Positions 13,758 through 29,060 of a DNA stretch of 64,000 nucleotides are shown here, one piece after another. The notes below the pieces were generated by a model. It searched no databases. It saw only the letters and a list, made by a program, of their open reading frames with translations, and had not been told where the DNA came from. This DNA comes from Marsupella aquatica. Taxonomy: Eukaryota; Plantae; Marchantiophyta. Each line of letters starts with the position of its first letter. Position 1 is the first letter of the stretch. The stretch is from positions 22,642,558 through 22,706,557 of the forward strand of contig OZ316895.1 of the NCBI GenBank assembly GCA_973895155.1, given 5' to 3'. The translations under genes were made by a program, and so were the position numbers.

Positions 13758-16700
13758 ATGGATCCAGCTCCTAGGGCGCTGGAGGGAGCATATGAGGCAG
13801 AAAAGATGCTGGACGTCTACATTTTTGATTTTTTGCAAAAGCGCAAGTTTGAGGAATCTGCCAAGGCATTCTTTCACGAGAGCAAGCTTCCCACTGAAAA
13901 TGCGATTGTGGCTATCGACGCACCAGGTTCGTTATGCAGCACGCTATCTAGACATATTTTGAGTTGTCAGCAAAGTGAGAGTACGTTTGTAGTTATCTAT
14001 GTGAATGGAGTCCTTGTTACCTGGAGGTATGGTCATTTGGGAACTGTCTGCTGTATCTGTCAGCCAGGTGCGATGGACATTGCTAAATCTAATGGGTTTG
14101 TCAGCTCACCAACGTTCTGTTTCTTGGATATATATGCACTAGATGGATTCTTGCTCGAGTGGTGGACAGTTTTTTGGGATGTATTCAAAGTCCAATCAGG
14201 GCAGCCGCACTCCGCAACTGCAGCGTCTTATGTTAAAACACAACAGATTATAAAAAAGGAGGAGCAGCTGCAACAACAACAACAACAATGGCATATGATG
14301 CAAGGGAGACCTAATCCCGGTCTGAGCTCGAACTACGTCAATTTCAATAAAGTTGGAGCAAATGTTCCTCGCATGAGCCTAGAATTGAGATCTGCAGGCG
14401 ACACCCGTCTCAGGCAACCAGCCATGTTCTCAGCCGAAATGATTGCATCTCAGAAGTCATTGCCTGAATCAGATAAAGTAGAACGGGTACAAAGTGTGCC
14501 TGTGGATTACATTGGAGAGGATTCTACTAACCCAGCTCCGATCTCAAATTCCCCTCTTCTAGCATTGAAGGTTGGAGAACAGAAGATCATGCCAAACCTT
14601 TTGGGTAGCCCAGGATTGATGAATCAGGGAGGAGATCCATCTCAACCGCAACCACAAATGCAATTGAACTGTAGTCAAGGCTGGCCTCTATCCACTGCGA
14701 GTGGGCTAAGATCAACGATGCCAAGTCAGGGCTCAGAACATTTTGGGCAGTCCTCTGCACAAACGCCCTCTAGGCAACGTCCATTATCTGCACAGATGCA
14801 GCAGCAGATGTATCGAAGGCATCAGAACAAAGCTAGTAGTCAGCGCACAATGGCGAGTGGTTTGAATTCGCCTCAGAGAGATGGGATTACTGTAAGAAAT
14901 GCGGGCAATGATAAAGAATTTTCTGAAGGGGTAGGTTCTAACTCTCTTGGCCTGGATGCAAGTTCGCAAGTTTGATTACTTCTGTCTCAAAGAGGCACCA
15001 ATTATTGGGTTTTCGGAAGTCACCTTCCCCGGTCTTGGGGGATCATTGAATTAAGTCTTAGTGTATTCTGAATCGCTTTTTTTGTGTAGTGCTGAATCTT
15101 CAACAGAAGGTCCTCGCTTCTAAGGGAATTTTGTAAAATTTTCCCTTTTTGTTCCAAACGTTGCTTTTCAATCACATCATTTATGACGTGTGTATATCCG
15201 GGACCCTATCAATAAAGGTCCATTGTGAATAGATCTACTTGTGAATCAACGAAAAGCTAGCTTTGTAACAGTAGCTAAAAAAGCGACATGAGGTGGATGT
15301 AATCTTGGGGATGCCTATTGTGAGGTGTTCAATTCTTTTTCAAAATTCTTCGGGTATTGTTTCCCTCGATTTTGTTTTCAGATTTTATATTATACATTCG
15401 TTCAATTGTGAATTCACGTGCAGGCAGCTTCCTCACCATCCGTATCGCAGGAATCGCAAGATAACAGAGACATGTCTTTGATAATGTTGCAAGCGCAACA
15501 ACAGGAGCTGCAGAAGCAGTCAAATGGCATTCGCCAACAGCTCCAGCGACAGCAATTATCACAACAAGATAGATTGAGTGCTGTTGGAGGGACCAGCAAA
15601 ATTATCATCCGAAAGAGGAAAGAAAAGTCTGACTCTTCTCAGCACCCAGCAAATAGCTTTGGGGGCACGACCATCAAAGAAAACTTTTCCTCATCACCAA
15701 CCTCTGATCACGCGCGTCCGATGACGAGTTTGTCGAAAGCTCAACAACAGCTAGTACAAGTTCCAACTCAAATGGCATCCTCTATAGGTAAACAATTTGA
15801 AGTCACAAACGGACAGCTTGAAGATGAAAACCCAGCAGATGTCGATCTTCAAGTGGATTCAAGCCTGCCAATGCTCCATGAGGGTGTAAGTATGACCTCA
15901 CAATCTCTAGCAGGAGACGAGATCCCTAGTGACGTGAATGCTTCCCCAAAGTTTATATTCCGTGAGGTGGGCTGCCTGAGGGCAAGCACGAGTAAGGTTT
16001 TGTGCTCTCATTTCTCCTCGGACGGCAAGCTGCTTGCCAGTGCTGGACACGACAAGAAAGTGAATTTGTGGAACATGGCTACCCTGAAACTGGAGCACAC
16101 GCTAGAGGAACACGTGTTGACGATCACCGATGTGAGGTTTAGTCCTACGTCCACTCACTTGGCAACAAGCTCTTTCGACAAAACTGTCCGGGTGTGGGAA
16201 GTGGCCAATCCAACTAATTCAATCAGGACATTCATGGGACATGCAACCTCCGTCTGGGCACTAGACTTCCATCCGAACAATGAAGACCTGTTATGCTCGT
16301 GTGATGGGGATAGCGAGATCCGGTACTGGAGCGTATCCGAGGGAACTTGTATCAAGAGCTTCAAAGGAGGGGTGACACAGCTGAGATTCCAGCCCATTGC
16401 AGGAAGGTTCCTGGCGGCAAGCGCCGAGAGTGTGGTGACTATCTTCGATGTGGAATCTGAATCATCAGTCTATTCTCTGCTGAACCACACGAAGCCGGTG
16501 AATAATTTGTGCTGGAGTGCTTCTGGCGATTGTCTAGTCTCTCTGACTGAGGACTACGTACGGGTTTGGTCAGTTGCATCTAGTAATCTTGAAGGTGGGG
16601 AGCGGTCCAAATGCATGCATGAACTCAGCTGCAAGGAGAAGATGTTTCAATCCTGTGTATTTCATCCCATCTACCCGTCTCTGCTAGTGATTGGCTGCTA

Positions 16701-16848
16701 CCAGTCCATGGAGTTGTGGAACATGGTGGAGGACAAGATTATGACTCTGAAAGCTCATGATGGTCTTGTAGTGTCATTAGTAGCGTGCCCTATCAATTGC
16801 CTAGTCGCATCAGCAAGCCATGACAAATGTGTTAAGTTGTGGCAATGA
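13758..16848 (+). CDS. LEUNIG/LUH-like Groucho/Tup1-family co-repressor (LUFS domain, Q-rich region, WD40 repeats)
   Basis: Exons 13758-13926, 14143-14930 (alternative donor 14969), 15424-16848. LisH AEKMLDVYIFDFLQKRKF, spliced [20 protein letters not shown], polyQ tract, WD40s from SKVLCSHFSSDGKLLASAGHDKK to LVASASHDKCVKLWQ. Confidence 0.9.
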
Positions 16849-19800
16849 GCTAAATCAACTGAATGGAGTCTACATTAATCCTCTTAATTTGTAATTTATC
16901 AGACTATTCTCTGACAATTTTGTCCAACCTTTTAGCTAGTTAGTATCGTCTCATGATTTGGTTTTGAGAGCGGTTGGGAACTAAATTCCCTTTCCGGCCA
17001 AAGGTACATTCACAAGGAGAAACCTTTAACTTGCTGCATGTGACAAATGCTCGTCAGTCTAGCTAGGTGCAGTTATTACAGTCTCCCACTTTATGCGATC
17101 AATGCCTTCTGTAAAAAGTTTGAGTCTGTTAGTGCTGTAATCAGGTGATATCAGTTGTTTAGCTCATTCACCCAGTCTACAGAAATCTAAACGGTCCCAT
17201 GAAGATGAACCTTAGAGCTTGGTCAGGTTTCATACATCAGGTTGGCTTCGCATGCAATTACTGGATGACGGTTCTGAAGGCCATGCTCGCAAGTTTCTCA
17301 AGCAAGTGGACTTCCGGACGAGCTTCCCTAAAATTCCTTTGCAAATTGCACGACTACAATTATACACTTAGATAAAGAATCAATCTACTTGCTTAAGTGT
17401 GCCATACGATGTCCGAACTGGATACCTGTTAGTTGGAATTATTCTGGGCTGGAGTGTGGGCTGTAGGAAGCCTATAACATGACGAGATTACATTACTTAG
17501 AATCATGTCCATATAATCTCACTGTTGTACTGTAGGAGTTACTTGAGACTGTCTTTTGAACATGTCGATATTGTAGCGACCATAAGTGACTTGCACAGTG
17601 GGTAAACGTACGAAATTGACCAGTGCATGGCCAAACCCTAGATTGACTCAATTGTTAATTAATAATGTTTACTATATAAAGCCCCATGAAATCTTTAGAT
17701 AGATAACGAAAGTCACCGGACACTGCTGGCCAAACAACCGGCTGGGCGGGGAAAAGTACCAACTCAAGCTTTACAGTCATCCAAGATAGATAGCAAGTAC
17801 CGATTTGAGAAGTATAGTCTAGACATAAAGAAGTTCCGACCAAATTGATTAGAGAAATGTCACATTATGGCTCTGAGCGCTGTGATCAGCTAATATCCTC
17901 ATTGCCAATCGACTGATGTTTTTGTGCCTTTGTACTGAGACTGGAATTCGTCGTACCTTACAATATGGTGTAGGTCACCCAAATTATGGAGCCAGCATGC
18001 TCCTTTAGTAGCACTGGAACTGTCAATTGAGGGGATTATGACTAACCAGTCCACATGTGGGTAAGTGGATTTCGGTCATAAGTAGGTGAAGCGACTGAAA
18101 TACAAAATGTGGCATGCACTTTGGCCCGCAAGTCCTTAGAAAGATTTTCAAACTCCTTTGCAGGAGTTATTATAATTTTATCCATGTTTCGTATGAAGCT
18201 ATGTCCTGCTCCCTTCAAGGAAAGGAATTAAACTTACCGGATAAGTCTCCTATCTACAGGGCTCACTTGGCTAATCAGGCTCGCCCTGAGATGTAAAAGT
18301 CACTCGGAGCTCTCTTGCCTATGTTTTAGGCCGGGTTAGTCTAGATTACATCCATGCCAGATTTGATCATGAGCATATATGGAGGATCTCATACTTGTCC
18401 AAACCTTACCATGCATACCTCTCTGCTTCAAAGGAATCCATATCACCGGCAGGTCAATATGTGTCATACCTACAGCGTTCACTTTACACACAAGCATTCA
18501 GGATGTGTCTCAACGATGTCTTCATGGGGGTGGAATGACGCTAAGGTTTTCGAGCATCTGAATCTTAGTAATGTTAGAGATTTCTGCACACAAAAGCGGA
18601 CATTCGCTTGTCTTGATTGAAACAGTATCTAATCCTGGGCATGCATTGTAGTAGTCGTTGAAGAGTGCAAGGATGTGTCGATTTTTGCACATAGAACGAT
18701 CGTTTCGTTTAATTGTTGGTGGAGCCCATGCTTTGACAAAGTTGACACTTCAATAGTTTCGCTACGCCACGGCTCAGGGCCTTATCCCGCACTTCAGTCA
18801 AAGGTTCGCTTGTCTATCCATTGTGAGACAAAATTTGCTCCCACCCTCTTTGGATTTGCTGATCACATGTGTTTCACTGGTGATGGAAACATGACGCACT
18901 TGACTAGACTGTTCTGAATTCAGAGAGCAGGCCTGGATCTGGATGGTACGTTAATCCGATCAGCAAATTTCAATTTCGGGATGTCCAGTAGCGTGCCGTT
19001 GTGCGCTTCCAGCTCTAGAATCGCTTCTCCTCTCCAAAGAAAAACAGGGCCCGCTGACGTACATGACGATTGTGCCAACGACGGGATGAAGACTGTTGAC
19101 ATGAGGTTCGCCCGTCGAGCTGATTCAGTCGGACGATCGTTCAGCATCACACGGTGAGGACCTCTCATCGGGACAACTCCGCCGGTGCACATTCAATTTT
19201 TGCACAGCTACTCTCCTCTCCAGCCAAGAGATTGTACATCAGCGAGACAAGGGGGGAAAACTGGCCCTATGTCGTATTTCTTCGCTGTGTAGGTGGGTTC
19301 AAGATCAAGATCTCGAGCATTCAGTCAAAGAATGCAATTAATTAAAAGCACAGAATAGTGTACCGTGTACGGTGAGCGTAGCCACATGAGAAAGAAAGTG
19401 GGGACTTCTTGGGACCAGCATCCCCTGCTATAAGGGTTCAAAAGCCTGACGCTTTGTCTCGTCGGCTAGGGCATCCTTTCTCGTCCACTTGGTCCTCTCT
19501 CCTCCCGTGCCAGAGAGTGGGCAGCCCGTACCTTTGCTTCCCTAAACTCAATGGCAGGGATGGCATGAGAGTTGCTTTACAAGGTCATGGGGCACTTGTG
19601 AGCTTTTTTTTCCTGGTGCCTTGAAAGAACCAATTGAAATTCATTCGAAAAAGCCAATGAATTTCATTTAAAAAGCCAGCATACAACAGGGGTAGCCCAC
19701 AAAAAAGAGTGTCACCCTGGGTGTACCAAAGGTTGTGGTGCCCAAAGAAAAACCGGAGAGGCCAGAACCAGAGGAGACGCATGTTTAAACCTAGGAAGTT

Positions 19801-22800
19801 AAACCAGAGATTTAACTACTGCAGGAGGGGGAGTGACACCTTCCATATGACCGGCCAGTGAGAAGGAACCGGCGGGGTTCCCCAGAGTGGGTCCGTGACT
19901 GAATTCATGTTCAATCAGTCGGGTCTGCAGTGCCCACATCTACACCTGATAGGGGGGTCAAATCATGGTGGGCGAGGAGGGACCGGGGGGACCTGAAGGA
20001 TCTCATCATGAAGTTCCCATGATGGGGGCACTTGTGAGCTTTTTCACCTATGCAATTTGGAACCTGGGCTAAAAAAATAGGAGTGGACCAAGGTGCCAGA
20101 AATCTGGAACAAAAATCCAAGAGAGGTGGTCTAGAATGTGGGACAAATATGTGCTTCACAGAAGCAAAAGTTGGGCCCCACTTCATTACATGTTGGATAG
20201 GCAACCTTATAGAAAGAAACTGCCCTAAGGTTCTCTAAAGTGAATTGCAGCAGTATCTCAATTGCAGCAATATCTCCCCAATGGGTGGCCCTGATCACAT
20301 TTTGGAGACAAGGTAAAAGTGAAAACTGCCACCAACTTCTTGTAAGGCCACCTTGAGATGATTGATTGAGATTTCGTGTCCCTCCAGCCTGACGACATCT
20401 AATGTGGAGAACCACGGGCAACCCCTAGAAACTTTCCAGGCCTTGAGCTCCTTACCAGTGCAATCCCAAGAAAATCAAATGAGGGAGGTTGGGCCCAATG
20501 GCGCCTACCAGCACCACATTTTGGGAGAATCGATGCCCTCAAAAGACAGGAGGGCTTACATGCAGGAAGGCCATCGAATCAGTGTGCCTAGCCAAACTTG
20601 AACATCACTTGGACAGTGGGCTTTTTTTTCCTCAAGGTTGGAAAATTTCACTTGACTGACCATGCTGAGTACTGTTTTCACTTGACAGTCTTGCCGGGTC
20701 TAAAAGGTTCCACTCTGCTGACCTGACCGAGTCACTTTCTATCTTCTCACTCAGCCACCACACCAAGTGAAAGTAATAAGGAAAAACCCAATCGACTAAG
20801 TTTACTGAGTTGTTTTTGCAACTTGATAGCCCTTTTGAGACATCTTAGCGGCCTCGTTGAGTACGAAGGTTCCACATGCAAATGATTGATACCTCATGCC
20901 CCGGACTGGTAATTGATGGGGTAACACACCCCAACGATGTATGCTGACTCTCAAAATGGGGGAAGACAAAATCATAGTCCCGTTTCCCCCACTTTTCTCT
21001 TTTGTTGGGAGAATCCCAAAACCCATACAGAACCCTATATAGAAAAGCGACAGCAACTACAGTAGATAAGTGTGAGCCATAAGTTGACCCCCTTAGAGTG
21101 AGGCCCCTAAGCCAATTATTAAAAGTGTGGTCTAGATCACGCAAATTAAAAATTGGTATTTCTGAACTAGATAGTCATGCTGTAACTAGTCCAATGCCCA
21201 TACATTACACAGGGTCACCAATAGTAATTAAATGATGTTGAGCATAAAATGGGTTGTGTGCGGAAAAGGTGCACATTGACACCTTTGGGTTCATCTTATG
21301 GTTAGGAAAACTGTTACGGTAATCCAATGGCTGTTGAAACTTTTCACCAGAATGATATTTAATAAACAGACCATGAGAAAGAAAAAAATGATTACAGTGT
21401 TTAGATTTTAGTTCTGGTGTGACTTTGAGGTCAGATGCTTCCGCATGCAACAGGGATTCTACTATAGAAATACTTAATTAATGTGGAAAGCCTCACAAAC
21501 ACTTGTAGTAGTGTCAGATTTTCTATGAAAAAATATCAACTATTAAACTGGGTCACCTGTCTACAAGCAAACAATTTCGACTTTAAAAATAGAAGAAACT
21601 AATGTAGCTACACTTGGGCATAATAATGCTATTGCTATTGACACTAGTTCTGGAACTAGTCACTTTAGGTAAAGCTAAACCCACAACAGGGTATTTTAAA
21701 GATTTTTTTTAATTGCCATGTTACCTCTTGTGTGCAAGGAGACGCTTACCTAGGAATTTTCTTATTTAGATTTTCTGGATATCTCGAGTGTTATCTCCCC
21801 TCAATTTAAAGAGACCCTTCAGCTTGTGGCTAATATCCCTATGATGTGGTGAGCAATTTGCTTACCGGGATCTAAAATATCTGGCAATTTTTCGTCAAAA
21901 GTTTTAGACAAAGGTGCAATTTGGAAAGACTTCGCCACTGAAAAAAAGTTGGCCCAACAGTAACAATAAACGGGCCTCAACTGTACTGTTACTTCATTCT
22001 TAGCGACTGTGTTATTTACAGCCTGTTTCAGCGCAAAAATTGCAGCAGTTTCCCTTTTAAGAAATTAACGCGGATGGACCAGATGACTGTTGAACAGAAA
22101 AGTGTGCATTGTTTCAAAGAGAAAGCGCTATATGAGACCCAAAACTGTTTGTATAAGGTCCATGCGGGCCTTTCGTGAAACGTTTAGGTCCATGGGGCTT
22201 CCGTTTCTAGTTTTGTTGCCAGCACCCTTTCAACAAAGTCGTTGCACGCTCGAAGCATGGACCCGATATTTCCTCTCGTTCTTTGTCGAGCTGTTATCTC
22301 CGACTCTCCGAGCCGTCGGATCTCGATCGGAGCGCCTCGCGTACTTTTCTGTCAGGCGGGCGCAGGCGCGGGAAGGCACGATGGGGACGTCCGTCCAGTA
22401 CGCGCGCAGGAATTTGAATGCCCGGGTATGCCGCGGGCGGCGAATGGTCATCGTTCGATCGATCAATCTGACGGATAGGGAGCGGTCGAGCCAGGTTTAG
22501 GCTTGACAACGGGATTCTCGGTTAGTTGGGGTTAACTCTGGTCCCACTACTCTGGACTGAGGAATTTGCTCTTCCCGCTCCTCTCCGCCAAAGGCTATAG
22601 GGAGGATGCTGGTCTGGGGTTGACGACAAGGCCACCGAGCGATCGTCGCAGCCAGAGCTAACGAGGCTAGACCAGACTGAGGAGGAGAAGAGGAAGGAGG
22701 CTACTGGTCGACGAGAGTGTTCCGGTGGTGTTGCACATTTCATTTTCTCCGAGCTCTGAACGGATTGAGGCTCGAGCGGTGCGCTGCTGCCGCTGCTACT

Positions 22801-22961
22801 CTTGCTTGCTCGTCGAGGAAAGGAGCCGCAAGCTCGAAGATCGGCGGGTTTTGCTTCTTGGATTGGTGCGTGAAGAGGCAGCTGAGAAGTGGATTTGCGC
22901 TGCTCCCGAGTGAGGCGGTGTGAATTGAAATCTTTCAAGACTCTCCTTGCCGTCTGTGAAG

Positions 22962-24586
<1,625 letters not shown>

Positions 24587-27127
24587 GGTTTTGAATTTTG
24601 AGGGTTTTGAGGTTTTTCTTCTCGGACAGGATTCTCTGTCTCTGTAGTCTGTATATTTATCTACATCAGCACTGCAAACTTATTTCTCTTTCATTTTCAA
24701 TTATTAAAGTTGAATCATTCGCTTGAATTGTGCTCCCGTGCGATTTCTATGCACAGAGGCCCCTTGTATTCACTTTTTCACCATCGAGACAAGATGTGAT
24801 TCCTTCCACCCACTCCGGATCTGATTTCTTAGATTTAACCCAGGACTGCTGTAGGAGATTGTTGTCCTGTGTGCTATTGTTCCTCTACAACAGTCAAGTT
24901 GTTGTGGTGTTTTCGCACGAGTGATTTTAGTTTGTAGGAGGTTGCTCTTCTGTGGCCATTGAAAATCCTCCCATTATCGTGTTCCCTAAAGAATACGGGG
25001 GCCAGTCCTTATTTAGAATGTTGAGACGAGTATTTTCATAGTCTTCTTGGAAGGACTGGAACATGTAATGAACAGGTCATAAAAAGTGCTCAATCTTTCC
25101 GTCATAGTTTCTCGAAAAATTTATCGCTGTTTACAGATGAACAAAGATGAACAAGCAAAAACCTCAGCACCAAGTGCAATACGCTCAACGCTGTCCGCAG
25201 GGGGGAAGGATAATTAGTTATTAAATCTTAGTCTGGCACTGCTGATCTACGACGGGTCTTCCACGACGAAATTATCCTTGTGATGCGGGGTGTCCTTCGG
25301 GAAACCTCCTTTCAGGCGCTTCATTCCATGTTTTTGTTTTTGCCTTTCAGCAGCTGCGCGTCTCATCCTCTCGTCTGAGATGTTACTTGTCTACTGCTTT
25401 CCTCTCCGTTGCAGCCAATACACCGAACCACGAAGTATTCAGCTTCACGTCCATTATCCCGCAAGAGAGCGACGATGTTCTGCACACACCTACAATCATG
25501 CTCTGCGCTACTTTGGTCAACGATTCAACCACAGGCAAGTAAGGAAGCAAGGACTGCACATTATCTTCAAGACGGAAGGGCATGAAGATACATCAGAACG
25601 AACCTAAATAGAGAATGACATGAGAGTCGAAGGCACGGAATCTCATTTATAACCTCTAAAATCCACAGAAACGACCGCATCCGATTGCGACCGCTTTTCG
25701 TTGCAGTGGCTGGCTGGTTGGATTAGTACGCTTCCTTACAGTTGCCGCATTAATGCATCTCATCTCTTCTCATTACATCCAGCTTTCGAAAAGCAACCAC
25801 TGACATTAATTCCAACGTTTCTTTGACCGAGGAGCGGGCTCAAACAGTAAGTTAAAGCAGCAGCATATGAAAAGTAACCACTCACATTCATTCGCACCTT
25901 TTTTGACGAAGGAGATTAGAAGAGGCAGCAAACAGTAAATTAAAGCATCAGAATAGAAGAAATGCAGGCAGGATGGATTAAGACTACGGTGATTGGTGGG
26001 TCGTAAACGCAAGTATATCTTGCATATGGGACTTGACTCGGTCGCTCGCTTAAAGGTTCCTTATACTTCGTTCAATCCTCGGTGCATATCGAACTGACTT
26101 CCTAAACCGAAGGTTTGTCTGCAGTAAAGGTCTGTGGAAGGCTTGGTAAATATTCCTGCGGAGGCCACACAAAATATTTGAAGCCACAGAAAAAGCTATC
26201 TCGAAGCTCTTCGGTTTATATTCTATTCCGGCCGGCTGATCATACCCGATCCCGCTCCACGTGTTGTCCAAGCTTTCCTATGAACAGTGGACCCTCAAGG
26301 AGATCTAGTCTTACTAGCTACGATTCTACGAAAGTATCAATGTTGTTTTGAATTTTCGAATGTTGGCCGTGGATTATGCAGGTGAGATCGGTCATCTGTC
26401 TATTGATTGCATTGCCGCGATGAGTCTTCGCTGCATGTCCGCTCCTTGAAGGGTCCGCCCATCTGTCGACCGGATCTCGTTTGATACAGCCGGCTGCAAT
26501 TGCTCTCCGGGCAGCGGTTTCAATCGTTTCAGTACTGTGGATGACCTTTCCGACATGTGGGTACAAAGTTGATCGGTAGTTGAAAACTCCGATCATAAGC
26601 TGGGGATTACTCTACAGGTACTCTCTTCACCTCGTCCGGCTTTGACTAAGATTTGATAAACGTCGACTATGGCCCCCGCTTTATGGACAGGAGTTTGACG
26701 GTGCTTGCTTGGAAGGTTGCATATACATGCTGCTAACCGACAGCTTCGAATCAAGACAAGGCATCTTAGTGCTTGCTTCGTATTGCAGGATAGATTACAA
26801 ATGATAGCCAATTGAGACTATATATTGCCCTCCCCTCGCGATCGTTTTTTCTCAAACGGTGCTGCTGGAAGTTGTTTGTGCGACACAGGAAATTGGAGAA
26901 TTGCGCTTGCTCGCCTCGCCTTCAGGATCTACCCCTCTTGGGACAGGTCACAGCGAAATCAACCGGCATTCTTCTTTTTATCAGTATGGCGCACAGTTAA
27001 AGCTTCCTCAGTCTGTATGTAACCGCTCTATTCCCGTTCCCTCTCGTTCTATTCGCTCGCTTTCTAGCTCACCCACGCCAAGAAAAAATGCTGCATGATC
27101 TCTCTCTTGCTTCTTGCTGCTTGCTTT

Positions 27128-27227
27128 TCTTGCTTATTTGTTTCACCCGATCCCATTCAAAACAGGACAAGGAAAAACTTCTTGCTTATTTGTTTCACGC
27201 GATCACATTCAAAACAGGAAAAGGAAT
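27128..27227. repeat. Tandem duplication, ~51-bp unit x2
   Basis: tcttgcttatttgtttcacscgatcmcattcaaaacaggamaaggaa occurs twice in tandem. Confidence 0.75.
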
Positions 27228-28663
27228 TCATTCGGTTAGACTGTCTGGAGCCCGTTGTCATTCTGGGGCAGTCCTTCATCCATTTTTTTCTCCCCTTGAT
27301 CCCCACTATGGCAAGTGCTGCCGGGATGATGCATGCCAGCGTGAATGACTTCCTTTGCGGTAGTCTCATAAAGGAATCGGTTTCGGTGATTGAATTTAAG
27401 ATGACAAGCCCTTTTGCTGCTCTGGTGGCAACATTCCAAGTGCCCCCAGAGCAACATTCCGAGTACCCATTAATCCTGTTTCCTCCGACAGCAATACAAT
27501 CTTCAATTCCCGACCACAACTCCTAGCCTATTGGGGAAAGTTTCGAAGTGAATTAGTGCGTTTTAAGAGGAGATCAATGCTAGCAAACTAACTCTTAAAA
27601 CTAATCTATATTTACGAGATTTCTCACTTCATTAACAATCCATTCCCTCAACCTCAAATAGGGCTTGCATCTCAAGGTAGCTCTTGTCCTACTATGGACA
27701 CATTTCGATAATTCTGAGCAGTAAGACTGCACAGAGCCAAGACGGTTGACGGATCACTCCATCCATTGAGATTGATCCAAGAAAACTCCGACAAGATTCA
27801 ATGATTAACTTCGTTACTATCTAGTCATAATTATTGAATCTATTGTAACTACAGGTACCTACCTAATCTGTGTCTTTACTACTATGATAAAGGATCTACA
27901 GTAGCTCTTTATCACTCATGGTTCCTTTCCAAATAATTTTTTGCCAGAACACGCGCTTTTTGCTCTTCGGCATTGTTACATAATGCCTATCGAATCTAAA
28001 CTCTTTCACATCCACAGTTCCTTTTCAAATATTTTGGCAAGACTCACCTAAGTTACTGTAGTAAAGGATGTACTGTAGTCGTTTTCACCCATGGCTACTA
28101 TCCAACTAAATCTATCTAAACTACTATAATAGAGGATCTAAATAGCTATTTTCCATGGTGGATGTTTGTGTTCGTGAGATCAGTATCTGTCCATCATAAT
28201 TAAGCTCGACCACCCTCATCTAGCTCCGGATCTTCTTCTGCCCAAAAGTTATCACCCTACCACCCTGATGTCTAAAAGAATTTGCTAGTGTGACAAATAT
28301 AATCTTGAGTGAAAGAGAAAATGCTAAGAATATTCCTTATTTAATTATTATATTAGATCTCCCTAGATTTAAGAATGAGTGGTTGAGTCTGGCCAATGGC
28401 TAATGGAAGACAAAAAAGCTAGCCAATTCTCACGAAAGAACAGTTTTAGGGAGATATAATGTAGCTAATTTTCACGTCTGTTGGAAACACGTACCTATGT
28501 GGCTTTGAGAGCCCTAATGGACACGATACAATGCACCTGCCCACGTCAGAAGTGCACAAACCAGTGAGTCAAAGGATTCCCGTGGAAGAACCTACAGTAG
28601 AACTGTAGAAGTCACTCAAGAGCACAAAAGTACGTGGATGGGCCGCGCAATGCAATCCAATCT

Positions 28664-29060
28664 ACAACAGGACTGGCATTCCAACACTGGAAGTTGCTTT
28701 TTCTTTGGGGGACTTGTGAAGTTTACAACAGGGACTGGACATTCCAACATTGGAAGTTGCTTCTTCTTTGGGGGACATGTGAAGTTTACAACAGGACTGG
28801 ACATTCCAACATTGGAAGTTGCTTCTTCTTTGGGGGACATGTGAAGTTTACAACAGGACTGGACATTCCAACATTGTAAGTTGCTTTTTCTTTTCTCCTT
28901 TGGGGGACATGTGAAGTGTACAGCACAGCAGGACTGGACATTCCAACATTGGAAAATACTTTTTCTTTTCGTCTTTGGCGATGTGAAGCTTACAACAGGA
29001 CAGGACATTCCAACATTGGAAGTTGCTTTTTCTTTGCTTTTTGGGGGCACATGTGAGTTT
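28664..29060. repeat. Minisatellite, ~62-70-bp unit x6
   Basis: Unit caacaggactggacattccaacattggaagttgcttcttctttgggggacatgtgaagttta; central copies nearly identical. Confidence 0.92.

Noticed and set aside
18900-21200. Short ORFs and local repeats between LUG and tubulin (also 25290-27526 and 32866-33556)
   Set aside because: Stop-riddled with no identifiable motifs; probably old TE debris that cannot be classified from sequence alone.
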